Positions 15,075-24,505 of a stretch of 32,000 nt of DNA are shown here, one piece after another. How positions within the stretch are numbered: position 1 is the first letter of the stretch; each line of letters opens with the position of its first letter. The notes below the pieces were generated by a model. That model did no database searches and had not been told where the DNA came from. It worked only from the letters and a program-made list of their open reading frames with translations. The stretch comes from Mycoplasma mobile 163K. Lineage in GTDB: Bacteria; Bacillota_I; Bacilli_A; Mycoplasmatales; Metamycoplasmataceae. The stretch is from NCBI RefSeq assembly GCF_000008365.1, contig NC_006908.1, positions 330,001 through 362,000 on the forward strand, read 5' to 3'. A program made the position numbers and the translations under genes.

Positions 15075-18000
15075 ATGGGTCATTTAAAAATAATAGCATC
15101 TTCAGAAAAAAGTACGGTAGTTGCAGAATATATTCCAGAAGAAAAAAAACAAACATCTTATCAATCCGAAATGGAATTAGAAAAAGAATTTATCAAAGAT
15201 TTAATGAATCAAGGATATGAATATAATATAAAAAGTTAAAAAATGAAAATGATTTAATTCAGAATTTACGTTTGCAAATTGAAAAATTAAATAATTCTAA
15301 AGATTCAAAAGAAAATTGAAAATTCTCTGATGAAGAATGAAATCGCTTTTGTAAAGAATATTTGATCAAAGAATCAGAAACTTTAAAAGAAAGATCAAAA
15401 AAATTTCAAGAAAATGAAAGATATAGTTTTAAATTTGATAATCATTCAACAAAAAATATAAAAATTTTTGATAGAGAAAATATACATAACAATCATTTGC
15501 AAGTTATTAATCAATATAGTGAAGATGAAGGAATTCATCATGCTCGCTATGATGTTACTATTTTAATAAATGGATTACCTATAATTCATATTGAATTAAA
15601 GCGTAGAGGAATTAAACTAAAAGAAGCTTTTAATCAAATAAAAAGATATCAAAGGGATAATTTTTGAGCTTCAAAAGGTATTTTTAATTATGTTCAAATT
15701 TTTGTAATTTCTAATGGAGAAAGTTCAAAATATTACTCAAACACTGCAAGATCATTTGTTTTACAAGATAAAGGTGATAAAAATTCAAGAAGTAGTTTTG
15801 AATTTACGTCTCATTGAGCAGATTCAAAAAATAAACCAATTTCTGATTTATCTGATTTTACAAAAACTTTTTTTGCAAAACATACTATTTTGAATATACT
15901 TGCTAAATATTGCGTTTTCACAACAGAAAATGAATTACTTGTAATGAGGCCATATCAAATTTTTGCTGTAGAACAAATTATTTCTAAAATTAATAATACT
16001 CATTTAAAACTTGGTAATACAGAATCTGGCGGTTATATTTGACATACAACAGGTAGCGGTAAAACACTAACTTCTTTTAAAACAGCACAAATTGCTTCAA
16101 AATTAGTTGATATAGATAAAGTATTATTTATTGTAGATAGAAAAGATTTGGACTATCAAACAATGAGAGAATATGATAAATTTAAGAAAAATTCAGCAGA
16201 TAGTAATACAAATACCAAAATTTTAAAAGAACAATTAGAAAGTAGTGATTCTAAAATTATAATTACTACTATTCAAAAATTAAGTAGATTTGTAGCAATG
16301 AATAAAAATCATGAAATTTTCAAAAAACGAATTGTATTCATTTTCGATGAATGTCATCGCTCTCAATTCGGAAATATGCATAATCAAATAACCAATTCTT
16401 TTAAAAATTACAATCTTTTTGGTTTTACAGGCACACCTATTTTTTCAATTAATGCTAAAAGTGGGCACACAGCAATTTCAAAAACAACAGAAGAATCTTT
16501 TGGAGATAAATTGCATACATATACAATTGTAGATGCAATTTCTGATAATAATGTTCTAAAATTTAAAATAGATTATTTTAATACATTTAAAATGAGTGAA
16601 AAAATTGAAGATAAAAACATTCTATCTATTGATATAGAAAAAGTTGTAAATGCACCTGAAAGAATAACTTCAATAACAAAATATATTTTGGAACATTTTG
16701 ATCAAAAAACAAAGCGATTTGACAATTATTATTTTGAAAATAAGAATTTAAAAGAAAAAAAATTGCAAGGATTTAATTCAATTTTTGCAGTACAATCAAT
16801 AAAATCTGCAAAACTATTTTATGCTGAATTCAAAAAACAAATGACTAAAATAGATCATCCAAAAAAATTAAATATAGCAACTATTTTTAGTTTTAATCCA
16901 AATGAAGAAATTTTAGACGAAGAAGATTTTGAAACAAATAATTTAGACAAATCTTCCAGAGATTTTTTAGATGAAGTTATAAAAGATTATAATCAAACTT
17001 TCAAACAAAATTTTGACACCTCTTCAGAAAAATTTCAAAACTATTACAAAGATATTTCTTTAAAAATGAAGAATCGCGAAATAGATTTATTAATTGTTGT
17101 AAATATGTTTTTAACTGGTTTTGATTCTCAAACTTTAAATACTTTATGAGTAGATAAGAATTTAAAACATCATGGATTAATTCAAGCCTTTTCAAGAACA
17201 AATAGAATTTTAAATTCAATAAAAACTTTTGGAAATATTGTTTGTTTTAGAGATTTATCTAAAGAAACTGATGAAGCTCTTTCTTTATATGGAAATAGTG
17301 AAATAAAAAATATTGTTTTATTAAAAGATTATGACTCTTATTATGATGGCTATTTTGAAAATGAAATTTATTATAAAGGTTACAAGGAATTAATTGAAGA
17401 ATTAAAAAGCAATTTTCCTGTAAATGAAAAAATTTTAGGAGAGGAAAATCAAAAAAAATTTATAAAATTATATAATTCTATTGCAATAGTAAAAAATATT
17501 TTAGATTCTTATGATCAGTTTGATGAAACTCAAAAAATTTTATCTGAAAGAGATTTCCAAAATTATCAAGGTAAATACCATGATGTTCATGAAAATCTAG
17601 TAAAAAATAAAAATCAAGACAAAGAATTTATTAATGAAGATATTGTTTTTGAAATGGAACTAGTTAAACAATCAGAAATAAATGTTGATTACATTTTAAA
17701 AGAAGTAGTAAAGCAACTTATTTTTAGCTCTCAAAATAAAAAAGCTTTATTACCTCAAATTGAAACTCAAATTCAATCAAGTACTCAATTACGAAGCAAA
17801 AAAGATTTGATTATAAATTTTATTAATGAATACAACATGAATATAAGTATTAAAGATGAAAATAAAATGCAAAATGACATTGAGGATAATTGAAAAGAAT
17901 ATTTTGAAAAAGAAAAGCAAAAAGAATTGGACAAATTAATTGAAGAAGAAAATTTAATTAGAGAAAAAGTTACAAAATTTTTCAACAATTCTTTTCGTGA

Positions 18001-18139
18001 TGGTGAATTAAATACTGAAGGGACAGAAATAAATAGTTTCATGCCGCATGTTTCCAGATTTGAGAATAGAGCTGTTAGAAAACAAGGACTTATTTCAAAA
18101 CTTAAAGAATTTTTTGAAAAATTTTTTAGTGCATTTTAA
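15075..18139 (+). pseudogene. hsdR: type IC restriction endonuclease subunit HsdR (EcoR124I-like). The 5' end is disrupted by two +1 frameshifts. The long intact frame runs from 15329 (ATG) or 15362 to 18139.
   Basis: Frame 0 (15075-15239) gives 'MGHL...TSYQSEMELEKEFIKDLMNQGYEYNIKS*'. Frame +1 (15238-15360) gives 'KNENDLIQNLRLQIEKLN...FSDEEWNRFCKEY'. Frame +2 runs from 15362: 'LIKESETLKE...RYDVTILINGLPIIHIELKRRG' (nuclease D..E.K), 'GGYIWHTTGSGKT', 'FIFDECHRSQFG', 'GFTGTP', 'MFLTGFDSQTLNTLW', 'QAFSRTNR'. After 15362 there are only TGA interruptions. Confidence 0.8.
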
Positions 18140-18171
18140 AATAAAATAATGAAAAAACGAAAAGGGAAACA

Positions 18172-19752
18172 ATGAATAAAAATAATGAAATTGAAAAAAA
18201 CACGTTAAATAAAACAATTTGAAAAAATGTAAGTGAATTGAAAAAAAGTATTTGAAATGCTGATGAATGAGATTTTAAGGAATACGTTTTTGGAATAATA
18301 TTCTATCGATACATTTCAGAAAATTTAGCTGATTATATTAATCAAGATGAATGGAAAGCAAATAAAAATACAAATTTTCGTTATGAAAATATTGAGGATA
18401 ATTATATTTTATCTAGAAAAGAAGAAATTAAAGAACTTATTAAGGATAAAGGTTTTTTTATAAAACCAAGTCATTTGTTTATAAATATTCTAAAAAAATC
18501 TCTAAATGATAAAGATCTTAATGTCACATTAGGAGAAGTATTTGAAGAAATAGAATCATCTACAAATGGAACAACAAGCGAAAAAAGTTTTAAAGGATTA
18601 TTTGCTGATATTAATCTTAACAATTCTAAATTAGGTTCTACAGTAAATGAGCGTAATGAAAATTTAGCAAAATTAATTAAAGTTATTGGTGAAATGGAAT
18701 TGGGAAATTTTCAAGATAATTCAATTGAATCTTTTGGAGATGTTTATGAATATCTTATGAGCATGTATGCTTCTAATGCAGGTAAAAGTGGCGGAGAATA
18801 TTATACACCACAAGAAGTTAGTGAATTATTAGCAAAAATTACTTTAGTTGGTAAAAAAGAAATTAATAAAGTTTATGATCCAGCTTGTGGTTCAGGTTCT
18901 TTATTATTAAATTTTGCCAAAATTTTAGGAAAAGAAAAAGTAAGGAATGGTTTTTTTGGTCAAGAAACTAATCAAACAACTTATAATCTTTGTCGTATTA
19001 ATATGTTTTTACATGATATTAATTACAATAAATTTAATATAAGTCAAGGAGATACTTTAACAAATCCACTTCATAATAAATTTGAGCCATTTGAAGCTAT
19101 TGTTTCAAATCCGCCATATTCAATTAAATGAGCAGGTAAAAGTAATCCTTTACTAATAAATGATCCAAGATTTTCTCCGGCCGGAGTTTTAGCTCCTGAA
19201 TCTAAAGCTGATTTAGCGTTTATTATGCACTCGCTTTCATATCTTGCAGTTAATGGAACGGCAGCAATTGTTACTTTTCCAGGGGTTATGTATCGTGGAG
19301 GAGCTGAGCAAAAAATTAGAAAATACCTTGTTGACAATAATTTTATTGATGCCATAATTCAATTGCCTGAAAACTTATTTTTTGGAACAAGTATAGCAAC
19401 TTGTATTTTAGTATTGAAAAAAAATAAATTAGTAAATGATATTCTTTTTATCGATGCTTCAAAGGAGTTTCAAAAAATAACAAATAGCAATAAATTGTCA
19501 AAAGAAAATATTAGTAAAATTTTAAATACATATGAAAAAAGAATTGATTTAGAGCATTTCACAAATAAAGTTTCAAACAATAAAATTTCTGAAGAAAATT
19601 ACAACTTATCAGTTTCCACTTATATAGGTCAAAAATCTGAAAAAGAAATAATTGATATTAATCTTCTTAATGAAGAAATAAAAACAATTGTAACTAAAGG
19701 AAAAGTTTTGAGAGAAGAAATAGATAAAATTATTAAGGAAATTGAAAATTAA
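18172..19752 (+). CDS. hsdM: type I R-M N6-adenine DNA methyltransferase subunit (module 1)
   Basis: ATG at 18172 is in frame with track ORFs 18475- and 19225-19752 via TGA codons. Motifs: '[14 protein letters not shown]', motif I '[11 protein letters not shown]', motif IV 'NPPYS', '[25 protein letters not shown]'. Confidence 0.95.
18969..19208 (+). repeat. 240-bp tract identical to 21764-22003 (hsdM1/hsdM2 paralog identity block)
   Basis: Base-by-base comparison found no mismatch over 240 bp at an offset of 2795 bp. The flanks carry scattered substitutions. Confidence 0.9.
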
Positions 19753-19755
19753 TTA

Positions 19756-20898
19756 ATGAAAAAAATATATAAATCACAAAATGAACCTTTATCAAAAAAA
19801 ATAGAAGTTATAAAAACAGATAAAATATTTGAAATAAATAAGGGTAGAAGCAAGATATCAAAAAAAGATATAAGTGATAATCATGGAATTTATCCTGTAT
19901 ATTCATCAAAAACTACTAATAATGGAATACTTGGATGAATTAATAGATATGATTACAATGATGAATTAATTACTTTAACATCAGAAGGATATGCAGGAAC
20001 TGCTTTTTATCATATTAATGAAAAATTTAATGTAACAGGAGATTCTTTTGTTTTGAAGGTAAAAAATAAAGATATAACGAATACAAAATTTATGTTCTAT
20101 TTTTTACAAAAAGAAGCAAAAAATCCTTCAAATTTAAATTTACTTAATAATTTTAGTGGAACACTTACAAAGTCAAATTTATCTAAAATAGAAATTCCTT
20201 TACCTCCTATTCAATATCAAGATGAAATTGTTAGAATTTTAAATAATTTTTCAGAAATTTTATTAGACCTTAAAAAAGAGTTTGAATTAAGAAAAAAACA
20301 ATATGAATATTATCGAAATAAATTATTTTTATTTAGTGAGCAAACAGAATATGTTTCAATAGATAAAATATTTGAAATAAATAAGGGTAAAAGCAAGATA
20401 TCAAAAAAAGATATAAGTGATAATCCTGGAATTTATCCTGTATATTCATCAAAAACTACTAATAATGGAATACTTGGATGAATTAATAGATATGAAGATC
20501 AATATGAAGATGAATTAATTACAATAACAGTAGGTGGTTATGCAGGAACTGTTTTTTATCATGATAATAAAAAAATAAATGTTACAGAAGGTAGTTGAAT
20601 ATTAAAAGCATTTGATAAAAATAATGTAAATATAAAGTTTGTATTTTATGCTTTAGAAATAATTGCAAAAAAATATGTAACCAAAAGCTCAACAATGCTC
20701 GAATTAAAAAAATCTTCGATAGAAAAAATAAAAATTCCTTTACCGTCAATTGAAATTCAAAACAAAATTGTGAAAAATCTTAATTTTTTCGAAATTTTAA
20801 TTAAAGATTTTAAAGAAGGATTACCATCTGAAATAAATTTAAGAAAAAAACAATATGAATATTATCGTGATAAATTACTAAAATTTGATCTAAATTAA
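19756..20898 (+). CDS. hsdS: type I R-M specificity subunit (module 1), with two related TRDs
   Basis: Track ORFs 19756-, 20053- and 20695-20898 are in one frame (380 aa). Central conserved region 'IEIPLPPIQYQDEIVRILNNFSEILLDLKKEFELRKKQYEYYRNKL'. C-terminal conserved region 'IKIPLPSIEIQNKIV...LRKKQYEYYRDKLL'. Confidence 0.93.
19819..19952 (+). repeat. direct repeat copy A (134 bp), start of hsdS1 TRD1
   Basis: Matches 20362-20495 with 2 mismatches (G/A and A/C). Encodes DKIFEINKG(R/K)SKISKKDISDN(H/P)GIYPVYSSKTTNNGILGWINRY. Confidence 0.95.
20362..20495 (+). repeat. direct repeat copy B (134 bp), start of hsdS1 TRD2
   Basis: Same as copy A. The offset is 543 bp (181 codons), so the copies are in frame with each other. 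Confidence 0.95.
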
Positions 20899-20910
20899 TT
20901 TATGTAAATT

Positions 20911-20950
20911 GAAACAATAGAAATAGAAACAACAGAAACAATAGAAAAAA
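20911..20950 (+). repeat. degenerate short tandem repeats (GAAACAAYA / GAAATA) in the hsdS1-hsdM2 spacer
   Basis: GAAACAATA GAAATA GAAACAACA GAAACAATA GAAAAAA, read directly from the sequence. Confidence 0.7.
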
Positions 20951-20975
20951 ATATAAAAGAATTAAAGAGAAAAAT

Positions 20976-22550
20976 ATGAACAATAATAAAGAAATAGAAA
21001 GAAATGAATTACATAGAACGATTTGAAAAATTGCTAATGATTTAAGAGGAAGTGTTGATGGGTGAGATTTTAAACAATATGTTTTAGGAATGCTATTTTA
21101 TCGCTATATTTCAGAGAATTTAGCTAATTATATTAATCAAGGTGAATGAAAAGCAACTAAAAAACAAGATTTTCGTTATGAAAATATTAGTGATGATAAA
21201 ATATTGTCAAAAAAAGAAGAAATAAAAGAACTTGTTAAAGAAAAGGGTTTTTTTATTAGACCCAGTCATTTATTTGTAAATATTAGAAAAAATGCTTCTA
21301 AAAATAAAGATCTTAATGTTGCGCTTGATAAAGTATTTAAAGAAATTGAAGCATCAGCAAATGGTTCATCTAGTGAAAAAGACTTTAAAGGATTATTTGA
21401 TGATATAAATCTTAATAGTTCTAAATTAGGCTCAACAGTAAATGAACGTAATGAAAAATTAACTAAATTAATTAATAATATTGGAGAAATGAAATTAGGC
21501 AATTTTAAAGATAATTCAATTGATGCATTTGGAGATGCATATGAATATCTTATGAGTATGTATGCTTCAAATGCTGGTAAAAGTGGAGGAGAATATTATA
21601 CGCCACAAGAAGTCAGTGAATTATTAACAAAAATCACCCTTATAGGAAAAAATGAAATTAATAAAGTTTATGATCCAGCTTGTGGTTCAGGTTCTTTATT
21701 ATTAAATTTTGCTAAAATTTTAGGAAAAGAAAAAGTAAGACAAGGTTTTTTTGGCCAAGAAATTAATCAAACAACTTATAATCTTTGTCGTATTAATATG
21801 TTTTTACATGATATTAATTACAATAAATTTAATATAAGTCAAGGAGATACTTTAACAAATCCACTTCATAATAAATTTGAGCCATTTGAAGCTATTGTTT
21901 CAAATCCGCCATATTCAATTAAATGAGCAGGTAAAAGTAATCCTTTACTAATAAATGATCCAAGATTTTCTCCGGCCGGAGTTTTAGCTCCTGAATCTAA
22001 AGCAGATTTAGCTTTTGTTATGCATTCTCTTTCATATTTAGCTTCAAATGGAACAGCTGCAATTGTAACTTTTCCAGGAGTTATGTATCGTAAAGGAGCA
22101 GAGGAAAAAATTAGAAAATATCTTATTGACAATAATTTTATTGATGCCATAATTCAATTGCCTGAAAACTTATTTTTTGGAACTAGTATTGCGACATGTG
22201 TTTTGGTTCTGAAAAAAAATAAAAAAGAAAATAGTACTCTTTTTATTGATGCTTCAAAAGAATTTCAAAAGGCTACTAATAGCAATAAATTGTTATCTGA
22301 AAATATTAGTAAAATTTTAAATACATATGAAAAAAGATTAGATCAAGAATATTTTTCAAAAAATGTTTCAAATAGTAAAATTTCTGAAGAAAGTTATAAT
22401 TTATCAGTATCTACATATATTGAGCAAAAATTCGAAAAGGAAATAATTGATATTAACATTCTTAATAAAGAAATACAAAAAATTTCTAATAAGGGTAAAT
22501 TTTTGAGAAAAGAAATTGAAAAAATTATTAAAGAAATTGAGCAAGAATAA
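20976..22550 (+). CDS. hsdM: type I R-M N6-adenine DNA methyltransferase subunit (module 2)
   Basis: ATG at 20976. N-terminus '[49 protein letters not shown]'. Track ORFs 21204- and 22020-22550 are in frame. Same motifs as module 1 ([16 protein letters not shown]). Confidence 0.95.
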
Positions 22551-23686
22551 TGAATAGTTTATTAAATGATTTAACAAAATATATATATTCAGGTGATGTG
22601 AAAATTGTGGAAATAGGAAGTTTACTTAACTATGAACAACCTTCAAAATACATAGTAGAAAGCACAAATTATAATAAAGAAAATCAAATTCCTGTTTTAA
22701 CAGCAGGAAAATCTTTTATATTAGGTTATACAAATGAAAAAAACAACATATATGGTGCGTCCAAAAACAATCCTATTATTATTTTTGATGATTTTACAGG
22801 CTCATTCAAATGAGTTGATTTTCCTTTTAAAATTAAATCATCAGCAATAAAATTATTAACAGTAAATTCAAATAATGCTTTATTACGCTATTTATATCAT
22901 ATTATGACTAGTATGAATTTTTTTTCCAAAGAACATAAAAGACTTTATATTAGTATTTATTCTAAAATTAAAATTCCATTACCATCAATAGAAATTCAAG
23001 AAAAAATTGTAAAATTTTTAGACACTTTCTCAGAACTTACAGCAGAACTTACAGCAGAACTTACAGCAGAACTTACAGCAAGAAAAAAACAATATGAATG
23101 TTATCGTGATAATTTACTTTCATTCAATGAAAGTACACCATATGTTTCAATAGGTGATGTTTTCGAAATAATAAATGGAAAAAGTATTTTAACAAAAGAT
23201 TATATATCTAAAATTAGTGGTATTTACCCTGTATACTCATCCCAAACACTCAATAAAGGAATTATTGGATACATCAATAAATATGAGCACAATGAAGAAT
23301 CAATATCTTGAACAAGAGACGGCTATGTAGCAGGCTCTGTTTCTTATCATTTTAATGAAAAATTTAACATATCAAATCGAGGACTTTTAAAAGCATTAAA
23401 TAAAAATGAGGTAAATACAAAATTTGTTTTTTACCTTTTAGAAATAATAGCAAAAAAGCATGTTAATAAAAGAGAAACAATTCCTCATCTTACTAGTTCA
23501 AAAATGGCTAAAATCAAAGTTCCTCTACCTCCAATTGAAGTTCAAAATAAAATAGTTAATATTCTTGATCGTTTTGAAACTTTGATTAGTGATTTAACAA
23601 TTGGATTACCTGCAGAAATTGAAGCAAGAAAAAAACAATATGAATATTATCGGGATAAATTATTAGATTTTAAAAAAGTAAATTAA
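22550..23686 (+). CDS. hsdS: type I R-M specificity subunit (module 2)
   Basis: ATG at 22550 overlaps the hsdM2 stop (TAATG). Track ORFs 22550-, 22904- and 23504-23686 are in one frame (378 aa). TRD1 'YEQPSKYIVE...IPVLTAGKSFILGYTNE...IIFDDFTGSFKWVDFPFKIKSSAIK'. Central region 'FSELTAELTAELTAELTARKKQYECYRDNLL'. C-terminal 'GLPAEIEARKKQYEYYRDKLL'. Confidence 0.93.
23033..23080 (+). repeat. perfect tandem repeat GAACTTACAGCA x 4 (ELTA x 4) inside the hsdS2 central conserved region
   Basis: Four exact 12-bp units, read directly from the sequence. They are followed by the AGAAAAAAACAATATGAA (RKKQYE) core. Confidence 0.97.
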
Positions 23687-23696
23687 ACTTGAATTT

Positions 23697-24497
23697 CTAA
23701 TAAGAAAAATTATCCACTTTTGAATAATAAGTAAAAATTTCTAATTTATTAGAAAATTTTTCTTTTAGTAAAGTTTCTATTTTAGCAATAAATACTTCTT
23801 CAATTTTATGTGGAACAATTAAATAATTAATCTCTTTTTGATTTGAAGCAAGCGAAATTAAAGTATTTCATTTTAAATCACTAGTTATTAATAAATCAAA
23901 ATCATAATTATCTTTGAATTGATTAATTAAATTAATATCACCTGCACCTGCAAAAATGGCTATTTTTCATGTTTTTTTAGTTTTTACTATTTCATCTGTT
24001 TCTTTAAGATTAGAAATTACATAAGTAAAATTAAAAGAGCTTTTAATTTTATCAACAATATCTTTAAAGTTTTCATTTACTTTAGTAATTACAGCTTGAT
24101 TATTATTTGTTTTTAAAAAATTAGTATAACCTAATTGTTCAGCAATTAAATAACTTGTTCCTTCAAAATGATTATCAAAATTAGTGTGTAAAGTATAAAT
24201 GGATTTATTATTTAATTTTTTAAAAACAGATTCAATTTTAGATTTGTAAGGATTTTTTAAAAATTCTTCTTCAAGAGTATCTTCGAAATAAAAAGGATGA
24301 TGAGTAATTATTAAATCAATATCATTTTTCATTACTTTTTCAAAAGCTTCAAAATCAAAATCTAGACAAATTAAGATTTTCTTAATTTGTTTTAAATTTT
24401 TACTCAAAAAACTAAAACCTACTTTATCTCAAAGTTCTGCTTTTTCAAAAGGATAAAATGATTCTAAATAATTAATTAAATCAACTTTTTTAATCAT
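23697..24497 (-). CDS. NIF3-family dinuclear-metal-centre protein (YqfO/YbgI-like)
   Basis: Start is the complement of 24495-24497 ('MIKKVDLINYLESFYPFEKAELWDKVGF'). 'DLIITHHPFYF' is present. It extends past the track ORF through a TGA to TAG (complement of 23697-23699), with a C-terminal 'AGAGDIN...LLITSDLKWN'. Confidence 0.8.
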
Positions 24498-24505
24498 TAA
24501 AACTC

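Noticed and set aside
15075-15239. 54-codon ORF upstream of hsdR as an independent small gene
   Set aside because: Its sequence ('SYQSEMELEKEFIKDLMNQGYEY') is the normal N-terminus of an EcoR124I-type HsdR. It is a frameshifted piece of hsdR, not a separate gene.
18149-18208. Short ORF (MKKRKGKQ...) starting at the ATG at 18149, overlapping the hsdM1 start
   Set aside because: It is about 20 codons even with TGA read as Trp, lysine-rich from A-tract DNA, in a different frame from hsdM1, and has no supporting signal.
19071-19355. 94-aa antisense ORF that is 'conserved' in a second copy at 21866-22150
   Set aside because: The conservation simply reflects the near-identical hsdM1/hsdM2 sequence on the opposite strand. 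The ORFs lie antisense to the best-conserved methyltransferase motifs.
23033-23080. Possible CRISPR-like or other noncoding repeat array
   Set aside because: The units are 12 bp and contiguous with no spacers. They are in frame inside hsdS2 and match the known TAEL repeat of type IC specificity subunits.
15075-23700. Invertible hsdS shufflon or phase-variable inversion system with a recombinase
   Set aside because: I looked for inverted hsdS fragments, inverted copies of the conserved cores and a tyrosine or serine recombinase gene. All hsdS sequences and cores are in direct orientation, and no recombinase ORF exists in or next to the locus.
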